64,000 nucleotides of DNA. Source: Nitrosopumilus sp. (lineage in GTDB: Archaea > Thermoproteota > Nitrososphaeria > Nitrososphaerales > Nitrosopumilaceae). Below the pieces are notes generated by a model. The model did no database searches, was not told the origin of the DNA, and saw only the letters and a list, made by a program, of their open reading frames with translations. Shown one piece after another: positions 10,332 through 21,076 of this stretch. How positions within the stretch are numbered: the first letter of the stretch is position 1; each line of letters opens with the position of its first letter. The stretch is from contig OZ242041.1 of the NCBI GenBank assembly GCA_965205215.1, forward strand, positions 1,856,001-1,920,000, given 5' to 3'. The translations under genes and the position numbers were made by a program.

Positions 10332-11170
10332 AGGCGCTGCCCGTTCTGATCTCAATCCCCCACGGGGGAACCGAGGCGCCGCGGGAGCTTGACGGGCGCC
10401 TCTGCATTACCGAGTCCGCGCAGTTCGACGACTCGGATCCGTTCACGGCCGAGATCTATGACATCGGGGAGTCGGCCCTCCACGTCGTAAGGGCCGAGGT
10501 CGCAAGGGCGTACGTCGACCTGAACAGGTCAAGGACGCAGCTGCCGCCAAGTGATCCAGACGGACTGGTCAAGAGCGTCACGTGCTACAACGAGCCCATC
10601 TACATACGCGGGATGGAACCGGGCCCGCAACTCGTAGAGCAGCTCATCAGAAGGTACTATGATCCGTACTACGACGCGATAGAACGAGCGTGCACGGACC
10701 CGCAGGGCGGGCTGCGACTGTGCCTCGACTGCCATTCCATGGCTCCCACCACGCCCCCGGTCAGCAATAATAGCAGCGGCGGCGGCACGGGCCAGGACGG
10801 CGCGCGCGATGGCCGCGGCTCCGCACGCGGGAACGGCGCGGCCCGCCCGCTCTTCTGCCTCTCAAACCGCGACGGCGAGACGTGCCCCGACGATCAGCTG
10901 GAAACGCTTGCATGCTGCATATCAGAGTCCTTTGGGATGCCCAGGGACCGCATACTCCTTAACCGCCCGTTCCGCGGCGGGCACATCACCGAATGGTTCG
11001 GGACAATGTATGGTGCAGTAATCCCGTGGGTGCAGGTCGAGATGAACCGCATGCTGTACCTAGACGAGCGGTGGTTTGACCGCGACTCTGCGAAAATGAC
11101 AGACGGGGCGCGGCTTGCCGAGCTAAACCGCATGTTCCGCGACTCGCTTGTCCGGTTTTTTGCCGCATGA
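10328..11170 (+). CDS. N-formylglutamate amidohydrolase family protein (probable CTG start)
   Basis: Reading frame upstream of the listed ORF gives LPVLISIPHGG...DSDPFT...RAYVDLNR, continuing to DCHSM, NRPFRGGHIT, QVEMNR. CTG at 10328 overlaps the ggt TGA. Confidence 0.85.
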   Translation: MKALPVLISIPHGGTEAPRELDGRLCITESAQFDDSDPFTAEIYDIGESALHVVRAEVARAYVDLNRSRTQLPPSDPDGLVKSVTCYNEPIYIRGMEPGPQLVEQLIRRYYDPYYDAIERACTDPQGGLRLCLDCHSMAPTTPPVSNNSSGGGTGQDGARDGRGSARGNGAARPLFCLSNRDGETCPDDQLETLACCISESFGMPRDRILLNRPFRGGHITEWFGTMYGAVIPWVQVEMNRMLYLDERWFDRDSAKMTDGARLAELNRMFRDSLVRFFAA

Positions 11171-11360
11171 CGCCCCGGGTGCAGGGGTCTGGACCGGCCG
11201 GGCGCGTGGTGGCCCGTGGCATATTATACGCGCGCGCCTTGTAAAGCCCATCTTTGTGTATGACTCCCGCAGTCCCCACCCTCCTTCCTGCTCAACCCAG
11301 GTATGTAACTCCCGCCGAACCGGTTCTAGCAGTTAAATAATTGGGTGCGGGCTCACGTCC

Positions 11361-12572
11361 ATGCGCGACGCCTCATACGACGTGGTGGTTGCAGGAGGCA
11401 GCATATCAGGACTGCTCTGCGCAAGGGAGATTGCGGCAGGCGGGCACTCCGTGCTGGTGGTGGAGGAAGACTATGAGATAGGCACGCCGGAGCACTGCGG
11501 CGGGCTGGTAAGCAGCAGAGGCCTCGAGGAGCTAGGGATGATACCGTTTGGAGGCACGCTAATGCACCGCGTCGAGAGGGCCCGCATCACCTCGCCGGAC
11601 GGCACCCACATTACAATCGACGCCAAGAGGCAGAACGTACTGTGCGTAAGCAGGAGGGAGCTTGACAAGCAGGCAGCGCACCAGGCCCAGAGGGAGGGGG
11701 CCGACATAATGATCAGGACGAGCCTACACGAGAGGACGCGGGAGGGGGTCAGGATCAGCGGGGTTGGAGGCGCCGCCGATGCCAATATCATAAACTGCAG
11801 GATAATGGTGGACGCGCGGGGGGCCGCGGCGCTTGCCCAGAGGGACAGGGACGGAATAATCCCGTCTGCGCAGTATGAGGTGTATGCCGACTGGATAGAG
11901 GACGGGAGGGTGGAGGTGCTGCCGGATCGGCTAAAGTATCCCGGGTTCTTTGCGTGGGTCATACCGTCCGGGCGCGGAAGGGGACGCGTCGGCGCAGCGG
12001 GAAGGGGGATCAACGCGGCCGCAGCGCTCGAATCGTTTCTTGCGGACAGGGGCAGGGGCGACGGCCGCGGGTGCTGCGTAATCAGGAAGATATTTGCCCC
12101 GATCTGGATAAAGGGCCCGATCAAGAGATTCCACGACGCCGGCAGCGGCGTCATAACAGTCGGAGACGCGGCCGGGCAGGCAAAGCCGACCACTGCGGGC
12201 GGCATATTCTCAAGCGGCATGGGCGGCATCCTTGCAGGGCGCGCCATATCCAGGCATCTGGACGGGGCGGATGGCGGCACGCAGGACATGGACGGGCTCG
12301 GCGACTCGTACCGCGCAGCATGGTACAAGCGGTTTGGCGGCGAGTTTGAGAGGCAGTCGATTGCAAGAAGGATACTTGAGAGGGCAGACAACGGAGCCAT
12401 AAACGACGTGATAAGGCGGGTCTCACCAGAGGCGCTCAGAGAGATATCGGCGGAGGACGACTTTGACTTTCACGTCTCAGGCATCATAAAGCTGCTTGGC
12501 GCTGCGGGAACAGCAAGGGCGGCCGGAAGCATGCTGGGCGCGGAGCTCAGAAGGCTGATCCCGGGCCAGTAG
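11361..12572 (+). CDS. Geranylgeranyl reductase family FAD-dependent oxidoreductase
   Basis: VVVAGGSISG, PEHCGG, FAWVIP, VGDAAGQAKPTTAGGI. Confidence 0.88.
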   Translation: MRDASYDVVVAGGSISGLLCAREIAAGGHSVLVVEEDYEIGTPEHCGGLVSSRGLEELGMIPFGGTLMHRVERARITSPDGTHITIDAKRQNVLCVSRRELDKQAAHQAQREGADIMIRTSLHERTREGVRISGVGGAADANIINCRIMVDARGAAALAQRDRDGIIPSAQYEVYADWIEDGRVEVLPDRLKYPGFFAWVIPSGRGRGRVGAAGRGINAAAALESFLADRGRGDGRGCCVIRKIFAPIWIKGPIKRFHDAGSGVITVGDAAGQAKPTTAGGIFSSGMGGILAGRAISRHLDGADGGTQDMDGLGDSYRAAWYKRFGGEFERQSIARRILERADNGAINDVIRRVSPEALREISAEDDFDFHVSGIIKLLGAAGTARAAGSMLGAELRRLIPGQ

Positions 12573-12708
12573 TACAGTGGTGGCGGCGGTGGCGACGGAG
12601 GCGTCAGCGGCAGCAACAATGGCGCCTGCATGTGTCAAGCCTTCTTCCCCCCAGCCTGATCAGATCCGATAATAAAGGTATAAATGATGTTTTTTGGTAA
12701 TCGCGCCA

Positions 12709-12891
12709 TTGTCCTCATCCACGATATCGCTGCCAGAGTGCAGCTGCTGCCTCAGGCACATAATGCCAAACGACAAGTGTGTAAAGTTCAACTGCCCCAA
12801 CTGTGGCGCCACGCTGATATGGAGGTGCCAGAGCTGCAGGGAGGCTGCAAGAAGCTACAAGTGTTCCGCGTGCGGCTTTGAGGGGCCATGA
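12709..12891 (+). CDS. Small archaeal zinc-finger protein (DUF1610/HVO_2753-like)
   Basis: Four CxxC pairs ending CGFEGP; lies just upstream of EF-1beta, a conserved archaeal arrangement. Confidence 0.88.
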   Translation: MSSSTISLPECSCCLRHIMPNDKCVKFNCPNCGATLIWRCQSCREAARSYKCSACGFEGP

Positions 12892-12916
12892 CCGGAGAAA
12901 GGGGCGGCGACGGCAC

Positions 12917-13198
12917 ATGGCACAGCTATTACTAATCACAAAGATACTCCCGGAAGGGATAGACGTGGATCTTGACGAGACGGCCCGATCCATACAGTCC
13001 GCGCTAAAGGAAGGAATAACCCTAAAGAGATACGAAAAGGAACCGCTTGCGTTCGGACTGCACTTTCTAAAGGCAGAATTCGTCCTAGACGACAAGGAGG
13101 GGCAGATGGACTCGCTTGAGGAGTCAGTCAGGAGCGCAAAGGGCGTCAGCGAGTTCGAAGTCCTCAACATGAGCAGGATGTCAGTGGACGTCAAGTGA
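12917..13198 (+). CDS. ef1b: Translation elongation factor 1-beta
   Basis: [19 protein letters not shown] motif, size and context. Confidence 0.92.
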   Translation: MAQLLLITKILPEGIDVDLDETARSIQSALKEGITLKRYEKEPLAFGLHFLKAEFVLDDKEGQMDSLEESVRSAKGVSEFEVLNMSRMSVDVK

Positions 13199-13214
13199 CG
13201 GATGGTGGGTCCGC

Positions 13215-15497
13215 TTGGCGCACCAGGACAAAGACGGCCAGCACTCGGTACTGCGCGTCGGCGAGGCAAAGCAGCGTGACATAGGCAAGAGGCGTGCCAG
13301 GATGGATCCCGGCGCCATGAAGAGCATAGGGGCAGAGCCCGGCGACATCATAACCATAACAGGCTCAAGGACGAGCTGCGCGGCCGCGTGGCCTGCCGAC
13401 GAAGACGAGAGGCGCGCAGACGTGGTAAGGATAGACGGCCAGACAAGGAAGAATTCAGGGGCCGCAGTAGGCGAGACCGTGCGCATAACAAAGGCGGCGG
13501 CGCAACCTGCAAGATCCGTCTCACTTGTGCCGCTCGGCGGCGTGGGCGGTGGCAGCGGGGGCGGAGACGGCATCACCAGCACGGACAGCGACTTTGTCGA
13601 GTTCGTAAGGGGCAAGATTGCGGGGCTTCCAGTAGTCGGCGGCGACGAGATATCAGTAATGATACTCGGAAGCCCCAGGGAGTTCAGGGTGTCCGGCACC
13701 CAGCCGCGTGGAACGGTCGTGGTATCAGAGGACACCAGAGTGTCCATATCGGCAGAGCCCGACAGCGGGAAGGGGACGCACGTAACATATGACGGAGTTG
13801 GAGGGCTGGTAAAAGAGGTCAAGTCCATGAGGGAGATAGTCGAGCTTCCCCTCAGGCACCCGGAGATATTCGCAATGCTGGGGGTGGAGCCGCACAGCGG
13901 CATACTGCTGTACGGGCCGCCCGGATGCGGCAAGACCCTGCTTGCAAAGGCACTGGCAAGCGAGTCGGGGGCAAGGATGTTCACGATAAACGGCCCCGAG
14001 ATCATCACCAAGTATTACGGGGACACGGAGGCGAGACTCAGGGAGATATTCGAGGAGGCAAAGGGCGCGTCGCCGAGCATGATATTCATCGACGAGATCG
14101 ACGCGATAGCCCCGAGGCGCGAAGAGTCACGCGGGGACGTCGAGAAGCGCGTAGTGGCCCAGCTGCTGGCCCTGATGGACGGGCTCAACGACAGGGGAAA
14201 CGTGATGGTGCTCGGCGCCACCAACAGGCCCGACGGCGTGGATCCCGCCCTGAGGCGCCCCGGCAGGTTTGACAGGGAGTTTGAGATATCCGTCCCAAAC
14301 GAGGACGGGCGGCACGAGATACTGCTCATACACACAAGGGGCATGCCCATGGCGCCGGACGTGGACGTCAAGAAGCTGGCGCCCCAGCTGCACGGATACA
14401 CGGGGGCGGACATAAAGTCGCTGTGCAGGGAGGCCGCAATGAAGGCCATCAGGAGGTACCTGCCCGGCATGGCGGACCCCGAGTCGGAGGGGGGCAAGGA
14501 GAGAGAGGAGGAGGTGGTCCCAACCGACGTGCTGCGCTCCATGCAGGTCACGCTTGCCGACTTTTATGACGCGATGCAGGAGGTCGTGCCCACCGCGATG
14601 AGGGAGTTTTATGTTGAAAGGCCCACAATCAGGTGGGGCGACATAGGCGGGCTTGACGACGTCAAGGAGTCGCTTGCAGACAACCTGGTGACGGCCGTGA
14701 TGGATCCGGACAGGTTTACAAAGATGGGCGTCAGGGCCCCCAGGGGCGCCCTGGTGTACGGGCCTCCGGGATGCGGCAAGACGATGCTCGGCATGGCGCT
14801 CGCCGCCGAGACGGGGGCAAACATGATACTGGTGAGGGGCCCCGAGATACTCTCAAAGTGGGTCGGCGAGTCCGAAAAGGCCGTCCGCGAGATATTCCGC
14901 AAGGCAAAGTCGTCGGCCCCGTGCGTCATAATATTTGACGAGCTCGACTCGATTGCGCGGCACAGATCCCCGGCCGGGGGTGCGGGAGCAGGGGGCGGCC
15001 ACGGCGGCGACCAGCCCGCATCCGGCGCGGGCGAGACGGTGCTGAGCCAGCTCCTCACGGAGATAGAGGGGGCCTCCCCGAGGGTTGTCGTGATGGGGAT
15101 AACAAACAGGCCCGACATGCTTGACAGGTCGCTCCTGAGGACGGGCCGGCTCGACCTGTCCCTGTACGCGGCCCCTCCCGACGAGGCGGGGCGCCGCAAG
15201 ATAATAGAGATACTGACGTCCAGAATGCCCCTTGCCGGCGACGTGCACACGGACGAGATTGCGGCCACCACCCAGAACTACACGGGCGCCGACCTGGCGG
15301 CGCTCTGCAGGGAGGCTGCAGTGTCCGCCATAAAGTCCGGTTCGGAAACCGTATCGGGCAGCGACTTTGAGGCCGCCCTCAAGCAGACGGGCCCCTCCAT
15401 CACGGAGGAGATGGAGAAGTGGTACGGCTCCGTCAGGGAAGGTATATCTAACGTCGTTACGCCAGCGGCAGGTGACAACAACACGTTCTACGGATAG
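13215..15497 (+). CDS. cdc48: CDC48/VCP family AAA+ ATPase
   Basis: N-domain plus two AAA modules (GPPGCGKT x2, FIDEID/FDELD, ALRRPGRFD). Confidence 0.95.
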   Translation: MAHQDKDGQHSVLRVGEAKQRDIGKRRARMDPGAMKSIGAEPGDIITITGSRTSCAAAWPADEDERRADVVRIDGQTRKNSGAAVGETVRITKAAAQPARSVSLVPLGGVGGGSGGGDGITSTDSDFVEFVRGKIAGLPVVGGDEISVMILGSPREFRVSGTQPRGTVVVSEDTRVSISAEPDSGKGTHVTYDGVGGLVKEVKSMREIVELPLRHPEIFAMLGVEPHSGILLYGPPGCGKTLLAKALASESGARMFTINGPEIITKYYGDTEARLREIFEEAKGASPSMIFIDEIDAIAPRREESRGDVEKRVVAQLLALMDGLNDRGNVMVLGATNRPDGVDPALRRPGRFDREFEISVPNEDGRHEILLIHTRGMPMAPDVDVKKLAPQLHGYTGADIKSLCREAAMKAIRRYLPGMADPESEGGKEREEEVVPTDVLRSMQVTLADFYDAMQEVVPTAMREFYVERPTIRWGDIGGLDDVKESLADNLVTAVMDPDRFTKMGVRAPRGALVYGPPGCGKTMLGMALAAETGANMILVRGPEILSKWVGESEKAVREIFRKAKSSAPCVIIFDELDSIARHRSPAGGAGAGGGHGGDQPASGAGETVLSQLLTEIEGASPRVVVMGITNRPDMLDRSLLRTGRLDLSLYAAPPDEAGRRKIIEILTSRMPLAGDVHTDEIAATTQNYTGADLAALCREAAVSAIKSGSETVSGSDFEAALKQTGPSITEEMEKWYGSVREGISNVVTPAAGDNNTFYG

Positions 15498-15505
15498 CGA
15501 TTGCA

Positions 15506-15895
15506 ATGGTCTCACTGATAAAGAATGAACTGCTCGAGAAGGTAAGGGGCGCGGGCGCGCTTACCGACGTCGATCTCTACAAGAGCATGACAAAGGAGGG
15601 CAGGATCATACCAGAGGACAGGTTCAACAAGCTGCTGCTCGACCTGGAGATACTCGGGCTGGTAAAGATCGCGTGGGTGACAAAGGACGAGCGCCGCATA
15701 GAGGCGGCCGAGGAGGAGGAAGACTCTGCAGGGTACGGCGACGCGCAGGGGGGCGGGTCCGAGGACGGCGCCAGTGGGGGCGCCCGATCCAAGTCGGGAT
15801 CCTCCAGGGGCTCCTCGGCATCAGGCGGCAACGGAGGCGGCGACAGCGACGCGGACAAGTCGTACGAGGCCAGCTTTCCGGGACTCGAAAAGTGA
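15506..15895 (+). CDS. Hypothetical protein (winged-helix-like N-terminus)
   Basis: FNKLLLDLEILGLVKIAW; acidic/Gly-rich linker; ends YEASFPG. Confidence 0.7.
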   Translation: MVSLIKNELLEKVRGAGALTDVDLYKSMTKEGRIIPEDRFNKLLLDLEILGLVKIAWVTKDERRIEAAEEEEDSAGYGDAQGGGSEDGASGGARSKSGSSRGSSASGGNGGGDSDADKSYEASFPGLEK

Positions 15896-15927
15896 CGCCG
15901 CGCGCCGGCCGACCCGCGGCCGCGCAT

Positions 15928-16818
15928 TCAGAACAGCGGCACGTGAAACGCGGCGTCCAGCACGACTGCCGCGAATATTATAGTCAGGTACGGGGCCGTC
16001 ACCTTGTACGCCTTCCACGCAAACTCCGACGTCGGGTTCTTTGTAAGCTTGTAGTGGTACGCGAGCATCAGCCCCCCCGAGACCGCCGCGATTGCAAGGT
16101 ATACGGCCCCCATCCCGGCGGGAATAAAGGAGAGGGCAAGCGAGTACGGCACCAGTATGACGGTGTTGGCAAGTATGTACCGGGAGGTCTTTTGCATGCC
16201 TATTACAACGGGCAGCATCGGCACGTTTGCCTGCGCGTACTCGTCGCGGATCTTCATTGCAAGGCACCAGAAATGCGACGGCGTCCAGACAAACACCAGG
16301 AACCCCACCAGGAATCCCAGCAGGTCCATGCCCCCGGTGGCCCCGGCCCAGCCGGCCCACGCAGCCGCGCTTCCGGCAATGCCGCCTATCACGATATTTG
16401 ACGTGTTGAGCCGCTTCAGCCAGGCCGTGTATATTATGACATAGGAGAATATTCCCAGCGCGATGAACGCTGCAGACGCGGGGTTGAGCGCGACGTACCC
16501 ATACACGACCGAGGCGCAGCTCGTGGCCAGCCCGTACGCAAAGACGGTGCGCGGCGAGAGGCGCCCCGCAGGAATGGGCCTCTTGCTTGTGCGCCCCATC
16601 ATCGAGTCTATATCGCGGTCATAGTAGTGGTTCAGTGCGCTAGAGCCGGCCGAGGCCATGGCTCCCGCCATTATGATATGCAGGTACTGCACGTATCCGA
16701 CGTCCGGGGCTCCCTCGACCAGCCTGCTTGCCCCGTACATGGACGCGACGGCGGTGATAACCAGCAGCACCACGATCCTGGGCTTTGACACCTCAACTAT
16801 GTCTGCCAGCAACGCCAT
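15928..16818 (-). CDS. cyoE: Protoheme IX farnesyltransferase (heme O synthase)
   Basis: KPRIV, NHYYDRDID..M.RT..RPIPAG, WTPSHFW, PMLPV. Confidence 0.93.
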   Translation of the reverse strand: MALLADIVEVSKPRIVVLLVITAVASMYGASRLVEGAPDVGYVQYLHIIMAGAMASAGSSALNHYYDRDIDSMMGRTSKRPIPAGRLSPRTVFAYGLATSCASVVYGYVALNPASAAFIALGIFSYVIIYTAWLKRLNTSNIVIGGIAGSAAAWAGWAGATGGMDLLGFLVGFLVFVWTPSHFWCLAMKIRDEYAQANVPMLPVVIGMQKTSRYILANTVILVPYSLALSFIPAGMGAVYLAIAAVSGGLMLAYHYKLTKNPTSEFAWKAYKVTAPYLTIIFAAVVLDAAFHVPLF

Positions 16819-16994
16819 TGGATGTGTCACCTTGCAATGCCATTTAATCCCTTTTAAAATAATGGCGGCGGCGATGGAGAAGGGGAGGTGTAACGGACGG
16901 AGAAGTGTGGGGAGAAGGGGAGGAATGTCGCGACACACCCCGGACAACGGCGGGGTGTAAACGGTTATTTAACTAGATTCTGAAGCAACAGCAA

Positions 16995-17804
16995 ATGAGC
17001 AACTGGGATCTCATGATGCCCGGCATGGGACTTACATCCATAGGACTGGCGGGCCTCGTCATCTCGTACGCGGAGATCGCCCACACGTTCATAGACGGCA
17101 TGCACGCCCTGACGGGACTTACCATGTTCATGGGACTGATCTTCCTGGCGACCGGGATACTTGACGGAGGCATATCTACAAGCAACAGGGCAAAGGCCAC
17201 TGCGCTGGTCATACTCTCGATATCACTGGGCTTTGGAATGTATGCAATGACCATGAACACGTCAAACTATACCATCACCATAGCAGGAATACTCATGGCA
17301 ATCGCGTTTCCGGCAATCATAATATCATACCTGGCAATGAAGCATCCGGTGTACCTAAAGCCGGTCGGCTCCATAGTGGCGATAGCCGGCGCGACTGGCA
17401 TCATAATGTGGATCTCGTTTGGATTTGTAAGCCCCGACACGTACATCATACCGCAGGAGGTGGTAGAGGTCCCAGAGGAGGAAGAGGTAGCGGCAGGCCC
17501 GCAGGGCCCCGTGTATGAGATTGCCATACTGGTAGGCTCAGACACCCCGGACAATCCCGACTATGACCCCGACGTTGCAAACGTACCGCTCGGAAGCAGC
17601 ATAGTGTGGACCAACGACGACATAGTGGCGCATACAGTGACCAGCACCGCGGACCAGGGCGAGACGTTCAACTCGGGCCTGATGGCAGAGGGCGAGACGT
17701 TCATTGTAGAGACCGCGGAGATAGGTGTGGGCGAGTTCGAGTATTGGTGCATCGTGCATCCGTGGATGGTCTCCACAATCGTGGTGGAAGAGGCCGCGGA
17801 GTGA
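16995..17804 (+). CDS. Multi-TM protein with C-terminal cupredoxin (blue copper) domain
   Basis: Several TM helices, then WTNDD..AHTVT and YWCIVHPWM type-1 copper ligands. Confidence 0.88.
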   Translation: MSNWDLMMPGMGLTSIGLAGLVISYAEIAHTFIDGMHALTGLTMFMGLIFLATGILDGGISTSNRAKATALVILSISLGFGMYAMTMNTSNYTITIAGILMAIAFPAIIISYLAMKHPVYLKPVGSIVAIAGATGIIMWISFGFVSPDTYIIPQEVVEVPEEEEVAAGPQGPVYEIAILVGSDTPDNPDYDPDVANVPLGSSIVWTNDDIVAHTVTSTADQGETFNSGLMAEGETFIVETAEIGVGEFEYWCIVHPWMVSTIVVEEAAE

Positions 17805-17916
17805 GTGCCATGCGCGCTGGCGCGCACGGACATCATGGATACACACACGCGCATGCACGTACGCAATCAGCCGGACGAGCATCATGATATATTCATGACC
17901 GCCGCAGACACCACGT

Positions 17917-18378
17917 ATGCGGCCAAGCAGAGAGATCTCAATATCCAGAAAGCACATGGCAGAGCTGGCGGAACATGCAGAAAGGGCCGGCGCGCTCGAG
18001 TCCTGCGCCCTGCTGCTGGGCGCAAAGGGCGCGGTAAGGGACGTATTCTTTGCAGACAACGTGGATCCCAGACCGGAGCAATTCTTTAGCATGGCGCCGG
18101 ACCAGCTGCTTGGCTCATACAGGGCCGCGGAAAAGCGCGGCCTCGAGGTCATCGGCATATTCCACTCGCATCCCGCATCAGGCGCGGCCCCCTCAGATAC
18201 GGACATGCGGTTCATGCGCACAAATCCCGTGGTGTGGGTGATATATTCGGGACAGACCAAGGAGTTCAGGGCGCACGTGACGCCGGAGGGGGGCGGGGGC
18301 GGAACCGAGACCGTTGCAATAGTAGTAGCGGCGGCAGGGGAGTCGGAGGCCGGGGCGGAAGAACAGAAGGGCGTATGA
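17917..18378 (+). CDS. JAMM/MPN+ (M67) metalloprotease
   Basis: ESCALLLG and FHSHP...PSDTD JAMM motif. Confidence 0.9.
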   Translation: MRPSREISISRKHMAELAEHAERAGALESCALLLGAKGAVRDVFFADNVDPRPEQFFSMAPDQLLGSYRAAEKRGLEVIGIFHSHPASGAAPSDTDMRFMRTNPVVWVIYSGQTKEFRAHVTPEGGGGGTETVAIVVAAAGESEAGAEEQKGV

Positions 18379-18439
18379 TAGCATTCCACGACCATATACG
18401 GATATCGTGAATTAAATAGGACTGGATCAGAGTTGGCTC

Positions 18440-18697
18440 ATGGAAATCCACGTATACGACACCTACGTCGCTGCTGCAGACGGGCATACCATGCACTTTG
18501 ACGTGATTACGGGCGAAAAGGACCACGACAAGGCCATCGAGTATGGCAAGGAGTGGCTAGAATCCATCGGGGAGGGCGGCGCCACAATGACCACCAACGA
18601 GTGCAAGTTCTGCCATTCCCAGCATGCGCCAGAACCGGTCGAAAGATCCATCGAGGAAAAGGGATACTATATCCAAAAGATGGAAGGCTGTCCCTAG
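18440..18697 (+). CDS. DUF2024 family protein
   Basis: VYDTYV...MHFDV...ECKFCHS...MEGCP. Confidence 0.8.
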   Translation: MEIHVYDTYVAAADGHTMHFDVITGEKDHDKAIEYGKEWLESIGEGGATMTTNECKFCHSQHAPEPVERSIEEKGYYIQKMEGCP

Positions 18698-18903
18698 GCG
18701 CTAGGCAAACCCTCAACACCGATCTTTTTTCTTCTTCTTATTCTCCTTCCTACTGTTATTATATGATTATTATGATGTCCCGGCGGACGCCGCCCACGTG
18801 GCGTGCTCGGCTTTGCTGCTCTTGGCTTTGCCGCTCCCGGCGCGTCCCTTCCTCAAACGCCGCGCAAGCCGCGCAAGCCGCTCATGCCTCCATGCCGGCC
18901 GAA

Positions 18904-20943
18904 TCACAGCACCAGCACAGCCACAAACGCGGACACGAACACGATTGCAATCGTGTTTAGCAGCTTGATCACGGTGTTCAGCGCGGGCCCCGCCGTATCC
19001 TTGTACGGATCCCCGATTATGTCGCCCACCACGGCCACCTTGTGCTCCTCGGTGCCCTTTTGGCCCCTCATCTCCACCAGCTTCTTTGCGTTGTCCCACG
19101 CGCCGCCGGTGTTTGCCAGGTGGTACGCCAGGAATATCCCCGTGACCACGGCGCCCATGAGCAGCCCCGCCACGGCCGTCGGCCCTAGCAGCACCCCTAG
19201 TATGATCGGGGCGATGATTGCGACGATTGCGGACTTCCACAGCTCCTTTATCGACGCCACCGTCGCAATGTCGACGCACTTTGCATAGTCCGGCTTGGAC
19301 TTGCCCGTGAGTATCTCGGGGTCGGCCTTGAACTGCCTGCGGACCTCGTCGACCATCTTGCCGGCCGCCCTGGAGACCCCGTTTATCAGCTGCCCGGTTA
19401 TTATAAACGGCACCAGTCCGCCCACAAGCAGCCCCACTATAACGGCGGGGTTTGTGAGGCTGTAGTTCAGCTCCAGCACGCCTTCAAACACGTGGGCCGC
19501 CTCGAACTGGAATGCCTGTATCATGGCCAGCGCCGCAAGGGCCGCGCTTGCAATCGCGAACCCCTTTGTGACCGCCTTTGTGGTGTTTCCGACCGCGTCT
19601 ATCTCGTCTGTCACCTTGCGGTTCTCCTCCCCCATGCCGGTCATCTCCACGATTCCGCCGGCGTTGTCCGCGATCGGCCCGAACGCGTCGATGCTCAGCA
19701 CGATTCCGGCAAGGCTCAGCATCGCCATTGCAGTAAGCGACGTGCCGAATATCCCGTACAGGACGGGATCCGCGCCCTCGGGGGCGGCAGACGATGACAC
19801 CGCATACGATATGATTATTGCGGCAACGAGGGCAATCATGAACGGCCCCGTCGACTGCAGCCCCTTTATGATCCCCATCAGGGTCAGCGACGCATAGCCC
19901 CAGCGCGCCGACTCGGCGATCTCCACGACGGGCCCGTACTTGTAGTTGGTGTACCGGTCCGTTATCTTCTGTATGACCGGGACCAGCAGCACCCCGATGA
20001 CGGTGGTGCCAAACAGGGCGTACGACGCTGCGGTGTCGCCCACAAACCACATCGTAAAGGCAAAGTTCAGTACAATGGCAATCCCGGCCGAGACGTAGAA
20101 CGACCGGTCGAGGGGCTTCATCACGTCCGTGATGTTCTTTGAGCCGACTATGGCTATGCCGATTATGGAGGCAATCATGCCGGAGGTGCCAATCAGTATC
20201 GGGTACAGGAACAGCTCGGGGGCCCCGATGAGGGCCGCTATCAGGATTGCCGCCAGTATGGTCACGATGTAGGACTCGTACACGTCAGAACCCATTCCCG
20301 CCGCGTCCCCCACGTTGTCGCCCACGTTGTCAGCAATCGTGGCGGGGTTGCGGGGATCGTCCTCGGGAATGTTGGCCTCCACCTTGCCGACCAGGTCGGC
20401 CCCCATGTCGGCGGCCTTTGTGAATATGCCGCCGCCTATCCTGATGAACAGCGCAATCAGGCTGGCGCCTATCCCGACGCCGGCAATGGTGATCGGATCC
20501 TCATATATGAGGTACAGCCCGGTTATCGCAAGCAGCGCCATTGCGGGTATCGCAAGCCCCACGGTCGCTCCCCCCCGGAACGCCATCGCAAAGGTCTTGC
20601 CAAGCCCGCTGCCGCTCAGGTTTGCTGCCCGCACGGCGGCCTTTACCGTAATCTTTAGTGATATGAGCCCCGCAACGGCCGACAGCGTCGCCCCCACCGC
20701 AAACGCAATGCCGTTTGAGGGCTGCAGAAACGCTCCGATTATAACGGACAGCGCTATTGCCACGGGCACTATAACCTTCATCTCCCTCTTGAGAAATGCG
20801 GCGGCTCCCACGCGCACCGCGTCGGATATCTCCATCATCTGCTTTGTCCCGGCAGGCTGCCTTGAGATCCAGCCGACCAGCACGCCCGCCACTATAAACG
20901 AGGCAGCCCCCGCCGCAAAGGGCAGGATCTCGGAGAACTCCAT
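18904..20943 (-). CDS. hppA: Membrane-bound pyrophosphatase, probably K+-independent H+-PPase
   Basis: DMGADLVGKVE, DNVGDNVGD, GNTTKA (Lys at the K+-dependence site), GDPYKDT. Confidence 0.93.
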   Translation of the reverse strand: MEFSEILPFAAGAASFIVAGVLVGWISRQPAGTKQMMEISDAVRVGAAAFLKREMKVIVPVAIALSVIIGAFLQPSNGIAFAVGATLSAVAGLISLKITVKAAVRAANLSGSGLGKTFAMAFRGGATVGLAIPAMALLAITGLYLIYEDPITIAGVGIGASLIALFIRIGGGIFTKAADMGADLVGKVEANIPEDDPRNPATIADNVGDNVGDAAGMGSDVYESYIVTILAAILIAALIGAPELFLYPILIGTSGMIASIIGIAIVGSKNITDVMKPLDRSFYVSAGIAIVLNFAFTMWFVGDTAASYALFGTTVIGVLLVPVIQKITDRYTNYKYGPVVEIAESARWGYASLTLMGIIKGLQSTGPFMIALVAAIIISYAVSSSAAPEGADPVLYGIFGTSLTAMAMLSLAGIVLSIDAFGPIADNAGGIVEMTGMGEENRKVTDEIDAVGNTTKAVTKGFAIASAALAALAMIQAFQFEAAHVFEGVLELNYSLTNPAVIVGLLVGGLVPFIITGQLINGVSRAAGKMVDEVRRQFKADPEILTGKSKPDYAKCVDIATVASIKELWKSAIVAIIAPIILGVLLGPTAVAGLLMGAVVTGIFLAYHLANTGGAWDNAKKLVEMRGQKGTEEHKVAVVGDIIGDPYKDTAGPALNTVIKLLNTIAIVFVSAFVAVLVL

Positions 20944-21076
20944 GTATGCGGACTGCCCGGGCATGTAAATATAAATCAAAAAACGGACAAACCCAGGCCG
21001 TGCACGCACAGGGCCGGCGGACCTGCTAATTCTCGGAATATGCCATACGCCGTTGCCGCGCCTGCAGTTGCCACTA

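Noticed and set aside
17917-18378. JAMM protease as CBASS Cap3
   Set aside because: About 43 kb from the CBASS, among core genes, and no Cap2 E1-E2 gene; a typical archaeal JAMM.
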